DNA of 62,804 nucleotides, counting the filler, from Globobulimina sp. (taxonomy: Eukaryota): NCBI GenBank assembly GCA_003354225.1. It is 25 parts of 25 records of this genome, joined end to end, with 100 filler letters (N's around TTAATTAATTAA, not from the genome) between each part and the next. Parts side by side here need not be neighbours in the genome. Positions count along the whole stretch, not along the records: positions 1 to 2,418 come from PIVH01006796.1; positions 2,519 to 4,936 come from PIVH01006797.1; positions 5,037 to 7,454 come from PIVH01006798.1; positions 7,555 to 9,972 come from PIVH01006799.1; positions 10,073 to 12,490 come from PIVH01006800.1; 20 more parts are not named here. One strand, 5' to 3'. A model generated the notes under the pieces. The model made no database searches. It was not told the DNA's origin and saw only the letters and a program-made list of their open reading frames with translations. The translations under genes and the position numbers were made by a program. Positions 1 to 11,336 of the stretch are shown piece after piece (the stretch's first letter is position 1; each line of letters begins with the position of its first letter).

Positions 1-1
1 A

Positions 2-640
2 TTTCAACCATTACCTCCATCCACTGTTATTCTCCAACAACAGCAACAACAACAACCGCAATCATACAATGTCAAAAACAATAATAACAATCAACAAAAA
101 CTTTTTTTATTTCAACAAACACCATCGATGTACAATTTATTTGACAATAAAAGTAATAAAAGTAATATTAAAGCAAAAATAAGTAATTATAAACCACAAA
201 ATATTCCTCGTTTTATTATAAAAACAGAGAATAAGAATGAGAAGGAAGCAAAATTTGGATATTTAAAATTTAAACAGGATGATTCTGACAACACATTTGC
301 TGGAAATCGGAATATATCGAATGTAATATTTTGCGATATCTTGGAATCAGAGATCGAAGAAGAAGATTGTACAAATGGTAAATATCATAAATGTGATAAA
401 TGTGAGAAAAAATATAAATATTTGTGTAATTTACGATCACACAGCAAAGTACATACAAATGAGGCTCATGTATGTGAATATTGTCAAAAACGATTTGGAC
501 GAAAAGCAAATTATCAGGAACATAGACGAGTGCATACCGGCGAATCTCCATATTCTTGCAATATTTGTAAGAAATCATTTAAACAACGACATGGTTTGAA
601 AGATCATATGCGATTGAGATGCGTGCATTTTTCAAAATAA
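2..640 (+). CDS. C2H2 zinc-finger protein, 5'-truncated (3 fingers)
   Basis: Frame open from contig start; CDKCEKKYKYLCNLRSHSKVH, CEYCQKRF..HRRVHTGESPYSCNICKK with TGE(S)PY linker. Confidence 0.9.
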   Translation, partial: FQPLPPSTVILQQQQQQQPQSYNVKNNNNNQQKLFLFQQTPSMYNLFDNKSNKSNIKAKISNYKPQNIPRFIIKTENKNEKEAKFGYLKFKQDDSDNTFAGNRNISNVIFCDILESEIEEEDCTNGKYHKCDKCEKKYKYLCNLRSHSKVHTNEAHVCEYCQKRFGRKANYQEHRRVHTGESPYSCNICKKSFKQRHGLKDHMRLRCVHFSK

Positions 641-743
641 TTACCTTACATAAAAACTCGTTCCTTTTGTTTCTTTGTTTCTGTTTCACATTTTCATTGT
701 ATACAATATTATTGAGTCTACAATAAATACTACAAATATATAC

Positions 744-954
744 TGAAAGAAATGCATTAAAGTTTGAGAGGTTGAGAGGTTCGGAGGTTTAGTGCGTTCA
801 GAAGTTGGGAGGTTCAGAAGTTGAATTATTAATGAAACAAGAATCCAATTATACGATACTTTTATCCACCAACTTCTCAACATCCCAACCTCTCAACGCA
901 TAAACTTCTGAACCTCTCAACTTCTCAACCTCTGACTTAAATGCATTCCTTCCA
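744..954. mobile_element. MITE/foldback-like element with ~80-bp imperfect terminal inverted repeats
   Basis: Left arm 744-823 (TGAAAGAAATGCATTAAAG..GAGAGGTT..CAGAAGTTG) is the imperfect reverse complement of right arm 870-954; arms are built of ~9-bp sub-repeats. Confidence 0.65.
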
Positions 955-1227
955 TTGTTTCCTATCTTGACAGTATGCCATTGCATTCTGACGATATATT
1001 GTTTCTACGTATTATATTTGCAAAAACGTAGTCACAACTCACAAAATACGATCAAAAGTGGCAAGTACTAGAGTCTCAACTAAAACATAAAATTATTTAA
1101 AATTAAAACTTATAAAACTATATGAAAAAAGAAAGAAAGAACAATGGATAAGAAAATATAATATAGATTATAATTAAAGCAGTATCTTGTAAAATAAAAA
1201 CAAAAGAAAAACAATAGAAAGATATAT

Positions 1228-2418
1228 TTATATTTCCAACGCATGATTTCCCTCAATAACACGATCAAACCTCGTGTCATTTACTTGCGCTTTAAAATGA
1301 ATCCTACCCAATTTTGGTTTGCACACAAAACAATACAAAAAACAACCAATAACAAGGAACACAGCCGCAGAAATCCCAACTCCTAAAATGATATACCTCA
1401 CTATCTCAACCTCCTTACAGTCCACAGCCGACACTTCCTCGTCATCGCCATCGCCATCGCCATCCCCTCCTACACCCGGTGTATCATAAACACTCATATC
1501 CGGTTCCGCGAAACTATCCGCTCCTAAGCCACACACAAAACTCATCGTAGCATTCAGCGTCGCATACACACACTCACTGGTATTAAACCCGACGCCTTGT
1601 CCCATGACACAAGCGCAACTGTCCCAGCTGCAGCTTAGTACCATCTCTTAACAGAATTGGCTTCTATCCCAACAGCAATCCGCCCACTGGCTTAACTGCG
1701 CATGGCACTCCACTTCGATATCACTAATTAGGCCAAAACATGGCTCGCCGATTTCGTCCTCCAATCTACGACGCGGTTCCAACGCCACATCAGTGTTTAC
1801 GAAATAGGTCAAAGCAGTCTCGTCGTTGGCGGTGCCTCCCCAACAGCCGGGGTCTAATTCCATTGTGCTGCCGTCCCTTTTTTCGAACGTAAGTCCCGTA
1901 TTATAAAAATTGCCACACATACCGCACGTATGCGCCTTATAACAATCAGAGACGCGGATTTCCACCGCTTCTTCATCGATATTGCCCGCAAAAACAGTTT
2001 GTGAGGTTATTAACAAATCGTTTGTACACTCACTGCCAATCACGTTCAGAGCTAATATGGAATATCCATTTTCAAACCGCCACCGAATTTCAAATGGACC
2101 CAAGGTTACGACCGTGTTTTGAGCGGGAAATTCCGTGTAAGTCTCGCCACAGTCGGTGTTGTAAGAGACGCCGTCGTTTCCTTTGTTTCTAATGCAATAC
2201 TCCTCGCCTTCCGTGCCCGCGTCATTGCCATTCCATAGTCGCAAAATGGTGTAATGTAAAGAGGTGAAGTAATTGTCATAGCGTTGGATCACTCCAATCA
2301 AATCAAACGGCATTACATTAATGTGCTCCACGTCGTGACAGCGGGTCATATAATATACGTTTCCGGGAGCATCTGGGCCATGCGGTCCTTGCCAATTATT
2401 CACAGCACAGTTCCACAT
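1228..2418 (-). CDS. VWD-domain type-I membrane protein, 5'-truncated, with one in-frame TAA at 1648-1650
   Basis: TCGMCGNF VWD motif, Cys-rich C8-like region, C-terminal TM (IILGVGISAAVFLVIGCFLYCFVC); ORFs 1648-2418 and 1228-1644 share a frame (..SQFC*EMVLSC..). Confidence 0.7.
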
Positions 2419-2518
2419 NNNNNNNNNNNNNNNNNNNNNNNNNNNNNNNNNNNNNNNNNNNNTTAATTAATTAANNNNNNNNNNNNNNNNNNNNNNNNNN
2501 NNNNNNNNNNNNNNNNNN
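2419..2518. other. Artificial contig linker (first of 24): 44 N + TTAATTAATTAA + 44 N
   Basis: Same 100-nt block recurs every ~2.5 kb; the 12-mer gives stops in all six frames; contig lengths fall from 2418 to 2414. Confidence 0.98.
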
Positions 2519-2724
2519 GGGACAATCCAGAGTCGTTGGAGAGAACTCTTTTCGAGCCGTTCCGGCCATTTTGGCCCGCTCACTTGACCATCGCGGTTCG
2601 GACCGCGCCATTGCGGCCAATTTGGCGTGGCGGTCGAAATGTCTCCCGTGTTGTCGGCCAACAGGACCGTCGGCAGCACTCCGATCATCCCTATTGCAAG
2701 AGTCAGAGCAACGTATCTGTTCAT
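2519..2724 (-). CDS. Bacterial (Planctomycetes-like) PQQ-like beta-propeller protein, N-terminal fragment
   Basis: Signal peptide followed by NWPQWRGPNRDG..WP motif; GC-rich relative to host DNA. Confidence 0.75.
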
Positions 2725-2842
2725 TTCCAGGTTCCACCTTGTGTGTTCTTCGATTCGGTTAGCCATGCAGTCCGAGCACGTATCTGTACAGCGTGATTTG
2801 CAGGAGACTGTCAGGGAGCATATGCAACATTGTCCGCTGTGC

Positions 2843-3877
2843 CGATCCAGTCGACGTCAAGAATTTCGTTTACAATTTAGGCGCTTTAAAGTTAAGCAAA
2901 ACAAAATTTCTGTTGCAAACTGCACATATTTTTCAGTGCAAAGTAGCGTGCAATAAAAGAAATTATTTTTTTTTGAGTTGCATGCAATTATTGAACCACG
3001 CATTTTCGCGCAAAAACACAGATTCAATGAATTTTTAGCAGCCGAATGTGAGGAAGCCATCCGACAGTTAATCCGCGTGACGCCCTTATCGGACGTGTAC
3101 GAATTACGTGGTAGCTCCTCGCAGCACGTCCAGAATGTGCTACGTGTCTTGGATGACAAGTTCAAAGAATTCGGGGTGACGTTCAGCAAAGCGGCCATCA
3201 CCGACGTCGTCTTAAATGACGAATTGCGCCGCATCTTGCAAGGAACGACGGAGTTTCGTACCAAAATCAAAGAGTTGGACAAAGAGCATGAGCATAATAT
3301 GAAATTAATTACTTACGATTATCAGCAGAAACTGTCCGAAAAAGACCGTTTATACGAGCGGCGATTGCAAGACATCGATGCTGATATCACTGTGGCTTTG
3401 GTCAATCGCAAAAAGGATATAATTAATGCGGAGTCGCGGCGAGAAGTGGCCATCACCAAAGAGGAGGAACATGCGGCGGTCTCCAAGAAGAGGGCCGAGT
3501 CGCAGTTGAATGTGACCCAAGCAAAGGCAGAGCAGCAAAATGCCAAATTATTAGCCATTGCCACGTCGGCGTCAGAGGGCGCCAAAATTAAAGTTGATAA
3601 GGAATGCCAAGTGGCGGTGTTTGAGTCGCAGCAAATGATCAAAGTGGCTTCGAATAAGGCGCAGGCATTGAAGACCGAGGCGAAGGCGGAAGGCGATGCT
3701 GCCGATTCGCTGAAAGTTATTCGAGAGCATAATTTGGAAATGGCCAAATTGGAGGTTCAAGAAGCCATCGCGAGGAGAGCTAGGATGGTGATATCGGGGG
3801 ATCAGGGCGAGGCACTCATTAATAGCATATTGGACAAGGAGTTGTTGAGTGGTGACATTACTTTAAATTATAAATAA
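2843..3877 (+). CDS. SPFH/band-7 (stomatin/flotillin-like) protein with coiled-coil tail, 5'-truncated; intron 2891-3021
   Basis: Splicing GTTAAG..ACACAG joins ..FVYNLGAL to FNEFLAAECEEAIRQLIR..FGVTFSKAAITDV, followed by an Ala/Glu-rich coil. Confidence 0.7.
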
Positions 3878-4140
3878 ATAAATAAATTCTTTTGTGATTT
3901 TAGTTTTTTCTTTAATTTTTTTTTGTGATTGCGTTTTGTTGAGGATATATGGACGGGAGGTGTTTGAAATGTAATTAATTTTGCACGTATACTTGTTTTG
4001 TGTGAGCTATTTGGATATGTGTTGGTGTAGCTGACAATAATTTCATAATTCTTATCACCAATCAGTAGGAAGGTACTGTTTCTTGTGATGCTTAATATAA
4101 ATTCCCAGTGAAAACTTTAATTTGAGCAACTCAAATAACA

Positions 4141-4809
4141 ATGGAAGGCAACGGAGCCAGTACTACAAAAAGAGTCAGCGGTCTATATCGCTTTTGGTCG
4201 TCAAACACAAACACAAACACAAATAACGCATCTCACCCATCTTCACCAAATGTAAAAGCAAATGTAAATGCGGCTGCTATATATGGCTTAGTCGTAGTTG
4301 AAAGTGAGAAAGAAATATCTGAACATATATTAGAAACATTTAGAATTGAGAATAAAAAGTGTAATATTTTGGTGGTAGCATGCTGGTTTTGTGCCATATC
4401 AGTCGGTGTATTTTATGGTGAATCAGACTCATATCATAATTATACAACACATAAAACAGACGAATATTATGGTCATAATATATTTGAATCTTATCATAAC
4501 GTATTTGGCCAGCCTCAAAATCAAATATTTATATCGACAACAAATAATTCTGCGATTGGGATATTAGGCTATGACAACACCAATAATTTTATGGATGATT
4601 TAGATGATGAATGTGTACGTATTGCAAACAAGTATGGCAATAATAGAATATCTATAGCAATGAATGAAAAAAAGGACACATTGACTATCCCCATCGCATT
4701 ATGCGTATTGGCACTAATTATCAGGTCATGGCGATTAATGTTTATCCCTTTGCTGACATTTGGAACTTCAATCTGCTGCTCCTTCTCTGTCATGCGACCG
4801 GTTAAGTAA
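4141..4809 (+). CDS. MMPL/RND-like membrane protein fragment
   Basis: KKDTLTIPIALCVLALIIRSWRLMFIPLLTFGTSICCSFSVM resembles the MMPL TM2-TM3 region; GTTAAG donor at 4801. Confidence 0.45.
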   Translation: MEGNGASTTKRVSGLYRFWSSNTNTNTNNASHPSSPNVKANVNAAAIYGLVVVESEKEISEHILETFRIENKKCNILVVACWFCAISVGVFYGESDSYHNYTTHKTDEYYGHNIFESYHNVFGQPQNQIFISTTNNSAIGILGYDNTNNFMDDLDDECVRIANKYGNNRISIAMNEKKDTLTIPIALCVLALIIRSWRLMFIPLLTFGTSICCSFSVMRPVK

Positions 4810-5600
4810 TTTATAAAAAAAACAAAAAAATTCAAACAATTAATCTGAGTCATTCGCAGTTTTTTGGTTTCCATATACAAATTCCGTAAATCGAATGAGC
4901 GGTGAGGAGGGCATATATGTATATGTCTGTTGTGCGNNNNNNNNNNNNNNNNNNNNNNNNNNNNNNNNNNNNNNNNNNNNTTAATTAATTAANNNNNNNN
5001 NNNNNNNNNNNNNNNNNNNNNNNNNNNNNNNNNNNNAGGAGAATCTTGCATCAATCTAAACTGCTTTTCTGTCTGTTATTATCCATGCAAAAATATAAAG
5101 GACTCAATAATTACTTTTTTGCATTTATGGGTATATAAAATAATTTGTATGTATTTTTATTACATTTTGCTTACAAAAGACCACGAAATCACTGTGATTG
5201 ATACCCTTTTTTTGTATCAAAAGTTGTAAAAGTAAAAAAAATATGAAATGTTTAAATGTATGCAAATCATGAAAAACTGTCAAAAATAAATAATAGCACA
5301 TCAAAAACGAAAATGAGCAACTATTGGCGCATTTAGTGCTATTTTTGCAACTTGTATTACCACTAAAACTATAAGCCAAATGTCAATTGATATTATGGCC
5401 GAATTAATGGTCGTTTATTATTGGAAAGAAATAAGAGCATCCGGTTTTCAGCGTCAGATTTATGTTACGCTGTTCATCAATCAGCTCTTCAATACATCGC
5501 AGATTCGAACCATTCAACAACAAAACAAACCAAAGCAACATATTAAAAAACAACAACAAAACAAACCAAAATTATGTTAGAAAATAAGTACATATTTACA

Positions 5601-7330
5601 TCATTTTTTTTGTTTAATAAAATAATTTAAAATACACATTCTATGATCAATATCATACAAAGCGGCATAATTATGTTCCGCCAATTCAATCTCTTTCAAC
5701 TTGTCATATAATTCCACCCTTTGTTCCAACCTTTCTTTTCTCGACGCCTTGTACCCATAATTCACGCCTTCCTTTTCTAAAAACACATTCTTTCTCACTT
5801 TTTTCCAAGAATGCGCCAGCCCCCACTTTAACATCCGGGCCTTACTGATATGTCCATCCAACTTCGTATCCAATCCTTTAACGGCAATATCCGAATCTTT
5901 GCCCACCACATCAAACAAATCGCGCACAAACTGCCGACACCGATCATTCGAAATAAAACCTTCGCCTTCGTCGTCGTACGCATCGAACGACTCTGATAAC
6001 TCTTCCTTCCTTTCCTCATAATCGCGCGACAAGACTCGCGGCCCTCTTTTGCTGACATCCGGTTCCCAGACTTGCCGCTCTTCCTTCTTCTCATCGCTTT
6101 CCTCGCTCTCATTACCCACATCCTTATCGTCCATATTTCCGCCATTCTTCACTTTGTTATACTCCGTCTCCTGTTTCTTGTTAAACGCCGTCAAAATCCG
6201 CGTCGCTTTCTTCTCGTTGCTGCGCTCAAAAACCACCAACAACTCGTAACAAAATTGCCTTTTCCCTCTGTCCTCGTCTTGCTTGAGACCGTCCGATATA
6301 ACGTTCTTGGTCAACTCCCAAAATTCTTTGCCGGGCTTTATTTTGGCTTTGGGATTGCCCGCCTTTTTCAAGTACACTTTGATGCCCTCATAGCAGCCTC
6401 GCTGTACACTGGCGAAGTCCTTCAAAGTGGTGCCTTGGATCAGTGTCTTCAACACCTTATTGTCCGCGTCGTCGGGCACATATCTCAGCAAACATTTGCT
6501 TAGCATCAAGGCGGAAAACGACGACAACGCGTCCGGGCAATCGTAGATCTCCCAGCACACGTTCAAGATCTTAGAAACTTGCGACTTCAAATTGCCTTTT
6601 TTAGACTTGGCGATATCAGACAAAACCATACATGCATTGCGTACGATATGCGCGTTTTTGCTGCGTAGCGCAGCCAATAATCCCGGCAATAGTTTGACGA
6701 TCAGATTCTTGCAATCTCGGTCCTTTATGTCTGGAGTGGCGATCATATCGCCGCAGACACGCAAAGCCATTAATTGTTCCTTGAAATCGCCCTTTTTCTG
6801 TTTCAAAATCGCCTTTAACTGTTCCGGCGAATATGGCCCCTCAATGGTGGAGAAATGGATGTATCGCTTTGCTTTCATCAGTTCTTTCCATATCGCGTTG
6901 TATTGCGGATACGCACCGTACACCGCTTGGACAAAGGCCTCGAATTCTAAGGCTTCCTCCTTTTCGAAATCTAACGCTCGAAAGGCCTTTTTCGCGATGT
7001 CCATGTCATATTTTTTAATTTCTAATAAGGTCAAACATTCGCAGAATTCGTCGAAATCTACCTCGCCATGGAGAGAGCCTGCTTTTTTTCTGGGTTTTAA
7101 TTTATAGGCAAAGTGTGTGTAATGTCGTTGAATGGAATGGAATGGAATGGAATTATTAGTCTTAACTCAAATACTTGGATGAATTTTCTACTGCGTGCAA
7201 TTGTTAATAATTGCGGATCATAAGCAACACCGTCGTCTGCATCATCTGCGTCTGTTGCTTTCAAGCCCATTCGTTTCCTTTTTGCAGCGATTTCTGCTCT
7301 TTTTTGCTTGCTTGTTTTCTTGGATGACAT
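5601..7330 (-). CDS. EF-hand + TOG/CLASP-N-like HEAT + EF-hand protein; intron 7090-7166
   Basis: Splice gives KFIQVFEKKAGSLHGEVDFDEF; LRSKNAHIVRNAC HEAT motif; DAYDDEGEGFIS and DTKLDGHISK EF loops. Confidence 0.6.
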
Positions 7331-8061
7331 ACTGAATTAATTTCAATATCAAAGTCTGATGTGATTTATAAATATGACTGTTTTTCAATGAACGGCGTAG
7401 CAACGTTACAATGATACAAAGTAAGCTGAAAATGCTTAAGTCCACTCAAAGCATNNNNNNNNNNNNNNNNNNNNNNNNNNNNNNNNNNNNNNNNNNNNTT
7501 AATTAATTAANNNNNNNNNNNNNNNNNNNNNNNNNNNNNNNNNNNNNNNNNNNNAAATCAAAAAAATAGTTATTTACAGTTATTTACATACTGATGGTAT
7601 GTATGACATTTTTATAAAATGTATACATCAAATTATAATTGTGCTACATTTTTTAATAAATATGCAATATTAATATTTTCGTTGGAGTTAACTATAAAAT
7701 GTAGAAACACCAAGACAATTTGTCAGTATTGCATGTATTGACATTTTTTGATATCCATATTTTCTCAATATCATACATAATATTACCATCCGAAATAATT
7801 CATGTCTGCCTAAATAATTCTGCGTTCTTTGTTCTGTGCACAGTCACCAATTACTCACCTTATAACTTAAATATTTCTTGATATACGGTTAATGTTTATA
7901 TTTTGTTGTTGTGACGATTATTGTGTTTTTGTTATACCTGTTCAGACGAAACAGACCTATTGCTTACCGGGACAGGAAATCGTTGAACGCTATGGCAGTG
8001 TTCATAAATATATAAAAACACTTTTAAATTGTCTGATTCAGTAAAAAACTTAGGTAAGATA

Positions 8062-8139
8062 CAGTAGTGTTCCCGATAAGATATACATGTATGATCCCGA
8101 CCTGTCAAGGGATCATATAAGATATCGGGAACACTACTG
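8062..8139. mobile_element. Tc1/mariner/pogo-type MITE, 78 bp, flanked by TA
   Basis: TA|CAGTAGTGTTCCCGATA...TATCGGGAACACTACTG|TA, perfect 17-bp TIRs; inner TATGATCCC/GGGATCATA stem. Confidence 0.75.
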
Positions 8140-8335
8140 TAACTCAAGGTAGATGTTTTTAGGTAAATCCTTGTTGAGATATTAACTCAAAAGAAAGAAG
8201 AGAAACCACATAAATATACAATTCGCGTTGAAATAAAAAAGAAAGAAGTCCCAAGACATCATGTTAAAAACGTACTACAGTTATTAACAAATAAAGTTAT
8301 TAAAAATATATACACAAAAAACTTTGAAGCTAACC

Positions 8336-8803
8336 ATGCCTTGCTACAAATTACTTTTGGTTGCAGCACCCAGAGCAACTAAGACCGAGTTATTGACAAC
8401 ATTTAGGAAAATTGGGAGAGAAATTGTAGATCGAGGAGGAGTAATTCGTGGATTTAAAAATTTAGGAATCAGACATTTACCGCAAAAAATGAGACGTCAT
8501 GGATTAATATGCAATGAAGCAAGATTTATTGAAATGAAAACAGATTGTTCTTCGGAAGCCAGAGGTTTGGTTGATATCATATTAAAGGACGAACTGAAAG
8601 TGTTAAGATGGGATATGAGTAAACTAAAATTACCCCCTTATAAACGAATGACATACAGCCAATTGGATCACATTATGGAATATTCAAATCCTGTGATAAA
8701 CGATCCGGTCTTTGATTTCCCGAAAAAAGACGAAATGAGAAGACTTAAATACAATGCAAAGCGTAAAGCATTGGATCAAAACAGCAACGAAAACCTATAT
8801 TGA
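8336..8803 (+). CDS. MRPS6: Mitochondrial ribosomal protein S6 (bS6m)
   Basis: MPCYKLLLV..IVDRGGVIRGFKNLGIRHLPQKMRRH..ELKVLR, typical of bS6m/Mrp17. Confidence 0.8.
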   Translation: MPCYKLLLVAAPRATKTELLTTFRKIGREIVDRGGVIRGFKNLGIRHLPQKMRRHGLICNEARFIEMKTDCSSEARGLVDIILKDELKVLRWDMSKLKLPPYKRMTYSQLDHIMEYSNPVINDPVFDFPKKDEMRRLKYNAKRKALDQNSNENLY

Positions 8804-8905
8804 CATCGAATATTCTCGAATTTTCTTTAAAATTAATTAATGAGCAACTGTTAACTGTAAATAAGTAGTTATTAAGTACACGATTTCGAAATAAATCAAA
8901 GAATT

Positions 8906-9688
8906 TCAGAAATATGAAAAGAATCTGGATTGTGTATCCCGTATTTTTTGCGTTATTCCCTTTCCTCGATAATGTCTGCTATACCAATACGTAAATACTG
9001 TGCTTGCTATGATGCATGAAATAACTGCATATTTCCGTATTTGTCCACTCCTTCTCTCGCTCTCCTCACTTAATATAATGTCATATTTCATATTATTTAC
9101 TTCTTTCTGTAAATTATATCGCGAGATTTCTTTACAACTAAAATCAATTTGTTGTATCGGCAAATTATTCGCTTGTTTTTTTAGATATTCGTGGTCATAT
9201 TTCATTGCTAACTGCGCCGATTCCCTTCGTTTTTGCAATGGCGACACCTTATTTTCTGCGTCTTCCTCCTCAGTCATTTTCTGATCATCACATCCCACCG
9301 CAATGTTATTTACATCATGCTCGTTATTGGACAATTTCACTGCATTTATTTCAATTTGTTTCTGTTGATTCTGGTTTTTGAATGACTCTGTTATCTCTTT
9401 CTCGGTGGCTTGTCTTTGTTGGTCGCGATTCTCCGTCAAATATTGTTCATTGTTTTTCTCATCAAAAAAGGATTGGTATTTATCCACAGTCTCTTCCTGG
9501 CCATCATAATATTCCTCGATCTCGTTTTGTCTCTGTACTAATTTGTTGTTATTCTTAGTGTTTTTTTTGTTTTTATTATGCAAACGGAGCACTCGGCCAA
9601 GTCGTTGTTGTTTAAACATTGCGTTTATTGTTTCCAATATTTTTAATGATAAACCACTCAAAACTTCCCATTGCGAATTGTTGATCAA
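8906..9688 (-). CDS. Hypothetical tail-anchored membrane protein (likely 3' part)
   Basis: 260-aa ORF, low-complexity charged region, C-terminal TM YAVISCIIASTVFTYWY plus basic tail. Confidence 0.5.
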   Translation of the reverse strand: MINNSQWEVLSGLSLKILETINAMFKQQRLGRVLRLHNKNKKNTKNNNKLVQRQNEIEEYYDGQEETVDKYQSFFDEKNNEQYLTENRDQQRQATEKEITESFKNQNQQKQIEINAVKLSNNEHDVNNIAVGCDDQKMTEEEDAENKVSPLQKRRESAQLAMKYDHEYLKKQANNLPIQQIDFSCKEISRYNLQKEVNNMKYDIILSEESERRSGQIRKYAVISCIIASTVFTYWYSRHYRGKGITQKIRDTQSRFFSYF

Positions 9689-10452
9689 TAATTAATATAT
9701 TGATATTTGCGAATTGTTTCCAAAAGTACTTTAATAAAAACCAATAATAATATTAACAACAACAACAATAATATAGTAATAATAATTAAATAACTCTCAT
9801 ATTTTGTAATTTAATTTTTCTAATCTATCTGTTACAAGATTTCAGAGGATCTGTTTGTTACTAAATGTCCAGTAATTGTCCGTGATTTGCAAGTTATTAT
9901 TTTTAATATTACGATGGAGATATCGGCACAAGGATGGATTTGTAATTTATATTCATAGGTTTTTGCTTTATANNNNNNNNNNNNNNNNNNNNNNNNNNNN
10001 NNNNNNNNNNNNNNNNTTAATTAATTAANNNNNNNNNNNNNNNNNNNNNNNNNNNNNNNNNNNNNNNNNNNNAGATAAACTCTTGGTTACAGAATATTAT
10101 TCCTAAATTTACCGCAGCTGGCTTGACTTTGGATGATATCATGCGATGTTCTGCAGACGATATTGTAATTGGGTATAAAATGTATATTAACCAGATATTA
10201 TCATTACATTACATATATATTTGTACCAACGTATACATAGAGAGTTATTTGAGATTTTTACTATGGACGAATTGCAAAATTTGAAGCAATTTGATAAAAA
10301 AGCAATGGAGAAGAAAAGAAAAAATAAGAAGTAAATAAATTCACGTAATCTGTATTTTGACCAACTTCACCAACCACATATTGCATGGATGCGCTTGGTC
10401 TTTCTTAATCGTATTTATTTCTAATTATTTCTCATTTTTTTTGTATACACAG

Positions 10453-11069
10453 TCCATCAGATCAAATCTGAAAAGAACAACAACAATGCAAAGAGGACAC
10501 AGAAAGCAAAACAAAAACAAAAACAAAAGAATAATAAGAAGAGTAAAAACCAGAAGAAAGCAACTGCACAAAGAATAAATCCACGTAATCGACAAAAGAA
10601 AGCAACGACACAATGGGTTCGAGTATATGGTGATTATCATTGTCAATTATGTAATGAAAGATGGTCCAATGCGCACACTCTACAGACTCGCGATGCATTG
10701 CGACTACGCAGCCAAGAATGTTATGAATGCGGTTATGGTGTGTATGCATATTATGTGCATGCTTTATGCCATTATTGTAAGGATTATCCGTGTCGATGTG
10801 AAGATTTTTTTACTGAAGAAAGAGTGTACGGTTATTATTCATGTAGAAAATGTAGACATGTATGGGAGTCAGCATATACTTTTCAAGAAAGAGGAACGAA
10901 AAAGATTCTCTATGCACAAGAATGTATAAGATGTACAGCAAATAATTTTGCAATTAAAACCAAGCCACTTGATCGGAACAAATTTTTTAATGATCCAAAC
11001 AAAGCTCATATACAATCATTATGCGGTAAATGTAGATATAAAACACATCCTTGCACATGGTTTTTATAA
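10453..11069 (+). CDS. Tandem 3CxxC zinc-binding (ZCCHC24-like) protein, last exon; upstream exons probably in 10073-10330
   Basis: Frame open from ACACAG acceptor at 10452; RVYGDYHCQLCNERW..QECYEC, RVYGYYSCRKCRHVW..QECIRC, then HIQSLCGKC. Confidence 0.7.
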
Positions 11070-11336
11070 ATAAATGTTTAATATAAATTTAAGTATTAAG
11101 AACTTGCAATATTAATATTACAGTGGTTCATCTGTCAGATATTGTCCACATTCTACAAATTTCTGAAATTTCATTCCGTGTTTTTGTTTGGATTTCTGTA
11201 TTTAGAAGTTTGTTAAATAGAAATAGTTTGGAAATCACATGCGTTTCATTGTGTATTTTTTATGCATTTTAATATTTTCAGGTTTTCGAAAAAGAAAAAA
11301 AACTTCGTCATCATCCTTGTAGCATTTCAAGCTGCT

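Noticed and set aside
3322-3760. Many short antisense ORFs in the track (e.g. 3322-3747, 6072-6503, 55988-56769, 60681-61909)
   Set aside because: They are shadows of well-supported genes on the other strand, with no motifs
7131-7152. (AATGG)n and other short repeats (5515-5572, 24946-24985, 47612-47658)
   Set aside because: Ordinary microsatellites or local duplications in introns and UTRs
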